A DNA stretch of 64,000 bases. It comes from Candidatus Latescibacterota bacterium (GTDB taxonomy: Bacteria; Latescibacterota; UBA2968; UBA8231). This document shows, piece by piece, positions 28,673 through 37,228 of the stretch. The notes under the pieces were generated by a model, which saw only the letters and a list, made by a program, of their open reading frames with translations, searched no databases and was not told the DNA's origin. The position numbers and the translations under genes were made by a program. The DNA lies in NCBI GenBank assembly GCA_965217585.1, contig OZ244561.1, forward strand, positions 864,001-928,000, read 5' to 3'. Position 1 is the stretch's first letter, and each line of letters begins with the position of its first letter.

Positions 28673-30195
28673 TCGGGTTCTCCGATCCAGCTAGAAATAT
28701 CGGCCCAGTCGTTGTGGAGTACGCGTGCGACTTCATCAAATTCGGATGGATAAAGTCCTGAGTCGTCGAGACGAATTTCCCTCACTACCGATCCCTTCGG
28801 ACGGAGCCTCGGTTTGAACAGCCATGCTCCCACTTGGTCGGAACGCAGCGCGAAATCACCCCGGGGAATTTCCTTGCGGCGGGCTTTGGGAAGTTCGGAG
28901 CGCCGTACGATGTTGGCGAGTTCCTCTAGCACCCACTCGCTGTGAGTCGTGATTATCACCCTGATACCCGCATCAACGAGTGCGGCGATTTGGCGGATGA
29001 ATTCGACCTGCATACCCGGATGCAGGTGCGCTTCCGGCTCTTCAATGATCAAGGTCTCGCCGGGCTGAACAACATGGCGCATATACAAGACCACTGGCGC
29101 GAGTTCCGACACCATCGACGAGGTGTTCATCAGAGGTAGGGAATTTTTCCATCCGTCGGGTTTATAGAAAAACAGCGGATAGCCCATTGCCGACGTTTTG
29201 ATTTGAACCGAGCCTGTGAGGATCGCTTGCTCAATGTGCTTGGCTAGAGCGTCTGCTCCGTTGCTCTGACGTTCCGCAGGATCGCCCAACTTGATGAGCT
29301 GATTGAGAAAATCGGCGACAACACCCGAAAGGTCTGGCAGCGGATCTTCTCGATGAAGCCGAGGTTGCGCGGCGCGATTGATCAAGGAACTGATGACCAC
29401 GCGATGAGCGTGCATCACGCCGGTGCGGTCGGCGGGAAGATAATGAGCGGGGCGAGTCATCGGGCCGAGGATGAAGGAAAGGACGGAGTTGGCAAGGCGC
29501 TCCGACACTTCCGACACACCCGCCATTCTGTCTATATCGTTGCGCCAGCTAAGGAGTCTTGAAGAATAACTATATTTTTTCGGCGGTTTTGCAACCCGCA
29601 AAGGCACTGCCTCGGAGATCGCAGTAGTTAGCTGCGATCCCTTCTGCGTCATCGAAAGTGCGTATTTGAACGGTGCCGTGTTGCCACCTTCTCCCAATCC
29701 GCTGCTTTGCAGGGCAACCTCGGCATTATTGCTGCCCGGATGGCGAATCAAATCCTTTGTGCCATCTACACCGAAACACCTCGTGATTTCCTCAGCGAGT
29801 ACTTCTTTAAAAAGACCATCGACGTGTCGGAGTTGCCGAAGTACCAAATCTGCGACCGGAGCCGACAGAGCCACATTGCGCTCGTGGTTCTCCGCTTCCC
29901 ATGCTCGTAACGCTTGTAGGATGCGGTCGAATTCGGCGTCAAGCAGGCGGTTAAATTCGTTGTCGGGCAGATCGAGATCATCAAGTGAGCCGTTTGTAAT
30001 CGGCTGCATTATAGGGTAGGGACCGGCCCTAAAAAACCGATGCAGCGCATAGATCAGGATCGCCAAATAGGATTTCCCCGTGTTGCTCGGCCCAATGAAT
30101 ACGGTCAGTGGACGCAGATCGATCTTGGCCTCGACGATCGGCCCGAAATTGGCTACTTCGAGTTCAAGTGTGTCTTGTTTAGTTAGATCGTTCAT
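28669..30195 (-). CDS. ABC-type (AAA_15/AAA_21-like) ATPase
   Basis: NFGPI..AKIDLRPLTVFIGPSNTGKS Walker A; YLPADRTG; IIEEPEAHLHP Walker B; ITTHS; GGAG RBS before ATG 30195. Confidence 0.9.
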   Translation of the reverse strand: MNDLTKQDTLELEVANFGPIVEAKIDLRPLTVFIGPSNTGKSYLAILIYALHRFFRAGPYPIMQPITNGSLDDLDLPDNEFNRLLDAEFDRILQALRAWEAENHERNVALSAPVADLVLRQLRHVDGLFKEVLAEEITRCFGVDGTKDLIRHPGSNNAEVALQSSGLGEGGNTAPFKYALSMTQKGSQLTTAISEAVPLRVAKPPKKYSYSSRLLSWRNDIDRMAGVSEVSERLANSVLSFILGPMTRPAHYLPADRTGVMHAHRVVISSLINRAAQPRLHREDPLPDLSGVVADFLNQLIKLGDPAERQSNGADALAKHIEQAILTGSVQIKTSAMGYPLFFYKPDGWKNSLPLMNTSSMVSELAPVVLYMRHVVQPGETLIIEEPEAHLHPGMQVEFIRQIAALVDAGIRVIITTHSEWVLEELANIVRRSELPKARRKEIPRGDFALRSDQVGAWLFKPRLRPKGSVVREIRLDDSGLYPSEFDEVARVLHNDWADISSWIGEPE

Positions 30196-30299
30196 ATCTT
30201 CATTCTCCGTTCTAGCACCTCGTCTGGGCTGACGCGGCGTTGATTTTCGGAAGTTACAGGCTCTCGTCCATACGACCACCAGCACTGCAACAGCAAGCC

Positions 30300-30343
30300 C
30301 AAACGAAAAAGCGATCATAGTCAGTACTTGCAAGTTTGGACAA
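30300..30343 (-). promoter_or_regulatory. Sigma70-like promoter for the ATPase-methylase operon (copy 2), with palindrome ACTTGCAAGT in the spacer
   Basis: Minus strand TTGTCC-18 nt-TATGAT; homologous to 22868-22912. Confidence 0.65.
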
Positions 30344-30498
30344 GTAGAATCTAATTGAACAGTGTGCTTTGCGCTTTGCCCGGCAGCTCGGTCTCAAGGC
30401 CCTGACCGTTCCAGAATTCACCGTATATCTATACGAAATAGGGTAGTGCGTCACTTTGAAATTATTGTATATAATTCCCCCAAAAAAAGGTGCTATTA

Positions 30499-32211
30499 AT
30501 GTATTTCCCCGTCTTTGCTCGAACGGCCAAGTGCGATACTGCATGGACCATTTTGTCCGTCTGCTTTGTTCTAGCTTTGCAGGTCGGGTGCGGCTCAGAA
30601 CCCCAAAGCCATGTGGTCGCAAGGATAGCGGGGCAAGAAATCACCACGGTCGAACTGCAAGCGTTCGCCGCCCGCCTGCCGGACGGCATCCACGCAGGTA
30701 AGAGCGACAGTGAGGCCAATGTCATGGTCTTGAATGCGCTGATCGACAAAAAAGTGCTACTAGCCGAAGCAGAGGCGCAGCAATTGCAGAGCGATCCGGG
30801 CTTGGTCCTCGATTTATCCGCCTTCAGAGATCGGGAAATGATGAAGTTGTACAACCAGCTCAAAGTGGATCAGCAGATTTCGATTGCACAAGAGGAACTG
30901 ATCGAACTGTACCGGGACGAGGCTTGGGACAGAGCGCTGCGCCTTGCAGCCATAGTGGTCGCAACGCGGGAGCAAGCCGACGAACTAGTAGCCGAACTCA
31001 ACAGCGGCAAGGCGTTCCGCCAGCTCGTCGACGCCTATTCTGTCGATGAGACAACCAAAGCCTGGGGTGGAGACACGGGACGCTATTTGTCCAGAGACAC
31101 CGCCGATGAATCCCTGCGGGAATTATTGACCCTGCAGGTGGGTGACCTATCGGAGCCGCTGCCCTTCGCCTATAAAGGAAAAAAGCACTACGCCGTATTC
31201 AAAGTACTAGACGAGATGCCCATTGCCTTAAACGAGGTGCAAGATGTCCTCGAGGAGAAAATTTTCGGCTCCAAACGAATTGCCCGCAGAGCGGCGTTGA
31301 CCGATTCGCTGGCGGGCGTCTACGAGCCTTTAGTAGATGCCGCTGGGGTGGCATTTTTGGCCGAGCGGTCAGCCGGCGGCCAAATCAATGTGTCCGAGGC
31401 GGAGGCCACTAGGCGCTTGGGTTCCTACCGCGACGGCGATCTGACCATTGGCGAATTTCTTTCCGTCGTGCTCCACAAAGCCGGTCCGGGGACCCGGCAC
31501 CAACTCGCCGATACTGCGTTGGTAGCGGCCAAGGTCCGCGGCCTGCTCACTGCCCAGATGCTACTCAAAGCATCCCACGCCCTGGGCCTAGATCGGGATT
31601 CTACCTTGGTAGCCAGCGTGGAAAACGAGCGCGAAAATCTACTCGTGAGTCTGCTGCGCAAGATCAATGTCGACGCCTATATCAGGGTTGCAGCAGCAGA
31701 AGCCCGCGCCTTCTACGACAAAAACCCCGAAAAATTTCGCTATCTCGAAGCCATTATAGCCGCAGAGGTTCTCTTGTCCAACGAAGAGGAAGCTCAGCGC
31801 GTAAAAGAGCAATTGCAAGAGGGAGCCGCTGCAGAACAATTGATCGCAAAATACGACACTCGCGGGGTCCATGGAGAAAAAAGGGGATTTGTGCGCCTCG
31901 ACGCCTACAAGCGACTTCACTACCCCCATATATACGATCTGTCCCAGGATATGGAAATAGGCCAAGTCGGCGGACCCATCAAGGTTGCGGAAGGGTATTC
32001 CGTATTTAAAATAATCGACCGGGAAGCGGCCAAGCCCAAACCTTTTAATGCCGCGGCGAAAAAACGCGCCACCGCCTATGTCAGGATCAATAAGGCCAAG
32101 CACGGCTATGTGGAGTTCGTGAGCGCTTTGCGGGAGAAATACGACGTGGAAACTTTCCCCGCCAATATTCCCACCATGATCAAAGACGGGAAATTTCAGG
32201 CCGACAATTAG
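30499..32211 (+). CDS. PrsA/SurA-like parvulin peptidyl-prolyl isomerase with two rotamase domains (probable lipoprotein)
   Basis: LQVGC lipobox-like; VARIAGQEIT; FRQLVDAYSVD...GGDTG; EARAFYDKNPEKF; GQVGGPIKVAEGYSVFKI; start uncertain. Confidence 0.8.
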   Translation: MYFPVFARTAKCDTAWTILSVCFVLALQVGCGSEPQSHVVARIAGQEITTVELQAFAARLPDGIHAGKSDSEANVMVLNALIDKKVLLAEAEAQQLQSDPGLVLDLSAFRDREMMKLYNQLKVDQQISIAQEELIELYRDEAWDRALRLAAIVVATREQADELVAELNSGKAFRQLVDAYSVDETTKAWGGDTGRYLSRDTADESLRELLTLQVGDLSEPLPFAYKGKKHYAVFKVLDEMPIALNEVQDVLEEKIFGSKRIARRAALTDSLAGVYEPLVDAAGVAFLAERSAGGQINVSEAEATRRLGSYRDGDLTIGEFLSVVLHKAGPGTRHQLADTALVAAKVRGLLTAQMLLKASHALGLDRDSTLVASVENERENLLVSLLRKINVDAYIRVAAAEARAFYDKNPEKFRYLEAIIAAEVLLSNEEEAQRVKEQLQEGAAAEQLIAKYDTRGVHGEKRGFVRLDAYKRLHYPHIYDLSQDMEIGQVGGPIKVAEGYSVFKIIDREAAKPKPFNAAAKKRATAYVRINKAKHGYVEFVSALREKYDVETFPANIPTMIKDGKFQADN

Positions 32212-32216
32212 TTTCT

Positions 32217-34772
32217 TTATTTTTTTGGCCGCTGGCCGGCTCCTTCTAACCTTCTCAGGGCCCGCAGGGCCGTTCTTTCGTCCGGATCGGTTTTGCGGGC
32301 CTGTCTATAGTGCCAAATCGCGTCGCCTGTTTTGTCGTTTAGCAGGGACACCGCGCCCTCGATCGAGTACTTACGCGATCGGAGGCGGCGCTCGATGTTT
32401 TGTTTCTCCTCTTCGTCCATGTCGAAAAGAGACTCGTTTGTCTCCACCACTAGGTGGGGCAACAGGCTTGACAGAGCGGGCAGGCCCGCGCCCGTATCCC
32501 CGCGCCGGCGGTCGGTAAAGCTTATATAGGGTCGGTCGTCGGTGTTCAAAGGGCCATGGCCGGCGTAGTCTGAAAAAGCGCGCTCGTCCAGGGCCAGGGT
32601 CCCGGCGAAAGAAACCGGATCGGCCAGATCTACCTCTTGCAGAGATTCTTGCAAAGCCGCTGCTGACAGTCGTTGTGCCAATAATTCAAAGTCGATGTGT
32701 TGAGGCTGGTTTGCACCCAGCACAATGGAGTATTTGTCGGTCAGCCACAGGGTCGCGTGGGGGAAAACCGCGCGAAATGTTCGCAAGATCATCTCGTAGT
32801 CGGCTACGGCCAGCCCGTGCAGGGGGATCCACTGGGCTATCAAGCCTGCTGTTTTGAGTCGCTGGCGACAGAGCTGGTAGAATTCTTCCGTATACAGCAC
32901 CCAGCTATCCGCCGTGCCGGGATGGGTCGCGTCGGCGATAATGATATCGTAGCGCTCTGGTGTCCGCATCACGTGGTTTCTGCCGTCGCCGTGGATTAGC
33001 CGGAGGCGATCCGTGCCCACCCTGTTGAAGACGTAGTTGTTGTAGCGGGCAAAAAAATCGGCGGCCTCGACCACACCGGGGACGACTTCGACGCAATCCA
33101 CCCGCTCGGGTTGGTGCAGCAAGACCGAACTGAGGGTAACGCCGCCCCCGAAGGCAATCACCAGGACTTGCCGGGGGTCGCTGTGCAGGATCATCGGCAG
33201 ATTGCCGAGGAGTCGAAAAATCTTGATTGATGCATGGTCTGTCGGCACTTCTCCCATGCCATTTACTTTGAGGATGCGGTTGCCGTGGTCCATTTGCTGG
33301 ACCGTTACCGTCCCAGCAGTACCCTCGCGGTAATAGACAAGCTCGCTGTCTTTTTCTGTATTTGTGAACAACGCGATAAAAAGATTGCTCGGCATGGCCC
33401 AAGTCAGCAGCAGTACCGCGCCGATAGGCAGGCCTATGGCTTGCAGCTTAAAACGACTACTGGCGTTTGGATGGACCAGCAGCAGCACCGCCCCCAAGGC
33501 GATGTTGGTCCAGGCCAAGACTTGCACCGCGCGCTCTGTGCCCAGTAGCGGAATCAATAAAAAACCGGCGCCAAAAGCGCCACCGATAGATCCCAGTGAA
33601 TTGACGGCGTAGACCTTGCCGATTTTTGTGCCCAAGGTCTTTAAATGCGTAGCGTTGAGTTGTCCTACGAGCGGCAAGAGCACTCCGAGCAGACAGGTGG
33701 GAATGAGCGTGATCCAGAAAATCAAGGTAGCTGTTGCGAAAAGATAGCCCGTCCATGAGGTAAGCGCACTGAGATATGGAATGAAATGGGTGCTAGCCCC
33801 GAATGCGCCGATGGAGATATGACCAAACAGGCCCAGGAGTATCTCAACGGCGCCGAATGCAATGAGCAGATCCGGCCAGCGGCCGACAAAACGAGAGGCG
33901 ATGGCCCCTCCGAGCGCCAGACCGAGCAAGAAGGCGATCAGGATGATGCTGAGACTTTGGGCCGTGCTCAGCCCCAGTATCATGGTCAGCACCCGCGTCC
34001 ACAGCACTTCGTATCCCAGAGCGGTGAAACCCGATGCGCAGAACACCAAAAGCGTCAATTGCCCCAGCCAGTTCGGTAGTGCTGGAGGATTCTTTTGCTG
34101 CGCGTTGTTTCTTTTGCCTAAACTCACCCGGTATGGCTCGGCTGAGTCCGACAAACGGCGGGACCACGTCAGGGAAAAGACCGCAATGAGGACATTGCCA
34201 ACAACGGCGACTGTAGTCGTGCCGCTGATGCCCAAATACTCGATGGTCAGATAAGCCGCGGCCCCGACCCCGCAGGCGGCGCCGAACGTATTGGCGGCAT
34301 ACAAGGTCCCCACACTCCAACCCACCTGCGACAGGTGCCGAGTTGCAAAGCGGATCAGAATCGGCAGGGTGCCCCCCATTAGCGTAGTGGGAATGAGCAG
34401 GACGAGGAAACAAAGCGGGAAGCGCATGAGTGCAAAGACATAGGGCGTCGACTCCAGTTGCTGGTAGAGCCAAGTGTGGATTTCGTCCAGTCCGCTAAGG
34501 ATTAAGGGGAAAGTTAGGGCAAAGGCGGCGATGCCCAGCTCGAGGAAGGCGTAGAGGCGCAGGTTGTTTTCGCTCTTGTCGGCCAGGTGCCCGAAGCAGA
34601 AGCTGCCCAGCGCCAACCCCGCCATAAAAGCTGTTAGGACCGTGCTGACCGCAAAAGCCCCGGTGCCGAATACGAGGACCAGCATTCTCACCCATATCAC
34701 CTGATATACCAAGGTACAGGCACCGGAAAGGAAGAACAGGACCAGCAGGAAGATGTGGGCACCGCGGCTCAA
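32217..34772 (-). CDS. Fused MFS-like membrane domain / spermidine synthase-like methyltransferase
   Basis: FFLSGACTLVYQVIWVR, LYAANTFGA and VYAVNSLGSIGG repeats; VLVIAFGGGVT, VDCVEV, DGRNH, YDIIIAD, LYTEEFY, QWIPLH. Confidence 0.9.
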   Translation of the reverse strand: MSRGAHIFLLVLFFLSGACTLVYQVIWVRMLVLVFGTGAFAVSTVLTAFMAGLALGSFCFGHLADKSENNLRLYAFLELGIAAFALTFPLILSGLDEIHTWLYQQLESTPYVFALMRFPLCFLVLLIPTTLMGGTLPILIRFATRHLSQVGWSVGTLYAANTFGAACGVGAAAYLTIEYLGISGTTTVAVVGNVLIAVFSLTWSRRLSDSAEPYRVSLGKRNNAQQKNPPALPNWLGQLTLLVFCASGFTALGYEVLWTRVLTMILGLSTAQSLSIILIAFLLGLALGGAIASRFVGRWPDLLIAFGAVEILLGLFGHISIGAFGASTHFIPYLSALTSWTGYLFATATLIFWITLIPTCLLGVLLPLVGQLNATHLKTLGTKIGKVYAVNSLGSIGGAFGAGFLLIPLLGTERAVQVLAWTNIALGAVLLLVHPNASSRFKLQAIGLPIGAVLLLTWAMPSNLFIALFTNTEKDSELVYYREGTAGTVTVQQMDHGNRILKVNGMGEVPTDHASIKIFRLLGNLPMILHSDPRQVLVIAFGGGVTLSSVLLHQPERVDCVEVVPGVVEAADFFARYNNYVFNRVGTDRLRLIHGDGRNHVMRTPERYDIIIADATHPGTADSWVLYTEEFYQLCRQRLKTAGLIAQWIPLHGLAVADYEMILRTFRAVFPHATLWLTDKYSIVLGANQPQHIDFELLAQRLSAAALQESLQEVDLADPVSFAGTLALDERAFSDYAGHGPLNTDDRPYISFTDRRRGDTGAGLPALSSLLPHLVVETNESLFDMDEEEKQNIERRLRSRKYSIEGAVSLLNDKTGDAIWHYRQARKTDPDERTALRALRRLEGAGQRPKK

Positions 34773-34862
34773 AATGGCAACCTAGGCGGTTTAATTGGGC
34801 TATGAGCCCGGTAGGGTGTGTACCGTTTATTCACCGGACGAGTCGCTCCGCCGATCTTTGTA

Positions 34863-36239
34863 ATGACAAAATTAAAACGCTTAATCGCATTCCTTTGCCC
34901 GCTCTTTTTTAGCTGCGGCCAGCCCGAGACAGAGGTCATCGCCTTGGTCGAGGATGAAAAGATCACTGCGGCAGAACTGCGCGACTTTGCGGAGCGGAGA
35001 GAAAAAACAGCTATAAGAGTCGGCACTGCAATCGCCGATACGAGCGATCCGCTGCAACAGCTCATCGCCAGAAGGCTGCTGCTGCTAGAGGCCCGCCATG
35101 TCGGTATGGCCGCTGACTCGGTTTTTGTGCGCCGGTTGGAGCGCCGGCGGCGAGATGCGGTGATTGAATCTTATCTCGAGCGCCAGGTCGACGCGAAAAT
35201 CGTCGTGACCGCAGAAGATATTCTGCAGGAATACTATGATGCAAACGGGCATCGCGGTCTCAAGTTTATCTATGCTGCAAGAGCGACCAAAGCCGCCGCG
35301 GTAGAGGACTTGGCCGCGGAAAAATCCATTTGGGGTCTCTCCGGTTATGTGCTCAAAGGACAGGTCAATGAGCAAGTGGCCGACGAATTGTTCGCTCTGC
35401 CCGTGGGATCCATTTCCCCAGCTCTCCCTCTGCCGATCAAAGCGGATACCGTCTTTGTGGCTTTTAAAGTTCTCGCTGAAAAGCGCGTCCCTCTCATCGC
35501 CGTGCGGCAGCTTATTGAACGCGGCCTGCACTCCCGTATCAGGGCAAAGATGGAGCGGGCTCTCGGGCTCTCTCTGCGCGATAAATACGCCAGCGGCACG
35601 GCTAAGGACAATCCATCTCGCAAGTTCGATTCCTCGTCCGTTAGGCCCGACAGTGCACGTATCTCCGATCTCTATTTTGCCGCAGCACGGCAAAGTGGTA
35701 TCGACGAGGAACCCGAGCTACAGGCAAAACTCAGCACCATCGCCGAGGATCTACTCCTGAGCTATTATCTGGCACAGATCGACATATCCCCAGCAGCGGC
35801 GCGAAGTTATTTTGCGCGTCATCCCGATCAATTTCCCGCCTATGAGGCCATCACCATCACCGAGATTGTGGTCCACAATCGCAAATTGGCCCAAGATTTG
35901 CGCCTAGCAATAGCGCGGGGTGTCGATCCAGAGCTACTGGTGCCAATATTCTCCCAGGGCGTCGGGGCAAGCGGGGGGCGCGTAAAGCTCAGCCCATATA
36001 CCATGCCATCAATGCGCTACGAGCGCGCCAAAGGTCTGGAGATCAACGCCGTCGGGGGGCCGATAGAGTGGGCCGGAAAGTTCTCCGTATTTGTCGTAGT
36101 GGACAAAGTGCGAGCAGGGGGCCAGTGGGATCGGGCTTCGCAACGGCGGGCCGAGCGGCTGGCCAGAGAGGAAAAAGAGCGTCGGCACTTGGATGCGCTG
36201 CGACAGAAATTCTCAGTCCGGGTATTGGCGGAGAGATAG
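34863..36239 (+). CDS. PrsA-like peptidyl-prolyl isomerase lipoprotein (degenerate paralog)
   Basis: LFFSC lipobox; IALVEDEKIT; LFALPVGSIS; VGGPIEWAGKFSVFVV; LRQKFSV end similar to the 30499 gene. Confidence 0.7.
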   Translation: MTKLKRLIAFLCPLFFSCGQPETEVIALVEDEKITAAELRDFAERREKTAIRVGTAIADTSDPLQQLIARRLLLLEARHVGMAADSVFVRRLERRRRDAVIESYLERQVDAKIVVTAEDILQEYYDANGHRGLKFIYAARATKAAAVEDLAAEKSIWGLSGYVLKGQVNEQVADELFALPVGSISPALPLPIKADTVFVAFKVLAEKRVPLIAVRQLIERGLHSRIRAKMERALGLSLRDKYASGTAKDNPSRKFDSSSVRPDSARISDLYFAAARQSGIDEEPELQAKLSTIAEDLLLSYYLAQIDISPAAARSYFARHPDQFPAYEAITITEIVVHNRKLAQDLRLAIARGVDPELLVPIFSQGVGASGGRVKLSPYTMPSMRYERAKGLEINAVGGPIEWAGKFSVFVVVDKVRAGGQWDRASQRRAERLAREEKERRHLDALRQKFSVRVLAER

Positions 36240-36259
36240 ACCCCGCTGGACCCTAGTAC

Positions 36260-37204
36260 CTAAATCCCCACCCCGAACTCCACCTCGAAATCGCGCCATA
36301 TCTCGGGAGCAATATCCGCCGTAGCCGCCTCGTAGGCTTCTTCGACCTGCGTCTTTGAGGCCGCACCGGGCAGGACAATGCTGCTGATGGGCGCCGCCAG
36401 GCAAAACTGGATGGCCAGATGGCGGATGTTCACGTCTCGTTTCCGACACCAGTCCCACATGGCCCGGGCGCGGACCGCCGGATGGAGTTCGCGTTCGGGG
36501 TATTCGCGGTTGTCGAAGTAGGCCGCCGAGCGCTCGAATACTTTTTCATCGCCCGTCAACAGCCCCATGCCGAGGGGACTGGCGAGAATGAGACCTACTT
36601 GGCACTGGCGGGCGCGGGGAAATAGATCCACAGCTGCGGCCGTATTGAACAAGTTGTACTCTAGATAAGTGAGGCAGATTTCTATTGGGCCGGTCTCGAT
36701 CGCCCGGCGATGCACGGCCGAATTGCGCGCTCCAATGCCGATGTGGCGGATTGAACCCTCTTCTTTCATCTTTACCAGTTCATCCAGGGCATGGCCCGGA
36801 GCCAGCGGATCCACCATGCCCTCCTTGCTGCCAACGTCCTCGGGCTCGTCGTAGCCGTGGATGAGGACATTGTCGAGATAGTCCGTTCGCAAGCGCTTTA
36901 AACTATCTTCCACGCTGCGGCGCGTTTGCGGCCCCGAGTGATCTGAAATCGTCTCTTGGGGGCCATTAGTAGTGACCTTGGCTTGCAGGTATATATTGTG
37001 CCTTCTGCCGCCTGCTAGGGCTTTACCCCACCACGTTTCCAGTTCGGGGTATGTATCCAAGTAATTAAAGCCCAGTTCGAGGGCGCGGTGGATGCCGGCA
37101 ATGCATTCGGCCTCCGTTCCGGCGCCCCACCAAGCCCCGCCCAGTCCCAGAGATTTGGGCTGCATCCCGGTCTTGGCAAAAGCTCTCGTTTCTAGCGCTG
37201 GCAT
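36260..37204 (-). CDS. Aldo/keto reductase
   Basis: LGLGG, ALELGFNYLDT, SVEDSLKRLRTDYLD, LVKMKEEGSIRHIGIG, ASPLGMGLL. Confidence 0.9.
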   Translation of the reverse strand: MPALETRAFAKTGMQPKSLGLGGAWWGAGTEAECIAGIHRALELGFNYLDTYPELETWWGKALAGGRRHNIYLQAKVTTNGPQETISDHSGPQTRRSVEDSLKRLRTDYLDNVLIHGYDEPEDVGSKEGMVDPLAPGHALDELVKMKEEGSIRHIGIGARNSAVHRRAIETGPIEICLTYLEYNLFNTAAAVDLFPRARQCQVGLILASPLGMGLLTGDEKVFERSAAYFDNREYPERELHPAVRARAMWDWCRKRDVNIRHLAIQFCLAAPISSIVLPGAASKTQVEEAYEAATADIAPEIWRDFEVEFGVGI

Positions 37205-37228
37205 ATTTCGCTCCTTATGTGAAAATTC

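Noticed and set aside
30196-30333. Apparent TM-containing N-terminal extension of the ABC ATPase
   Set aside because: Runs through the predicted promoter; ATG 30195 has an RBS and matches the family start
14400-30400. Island as an integrative element or prophage
   Set aside because: No integrase, tRNA, phage gene or flanking att-like direct repeat seen
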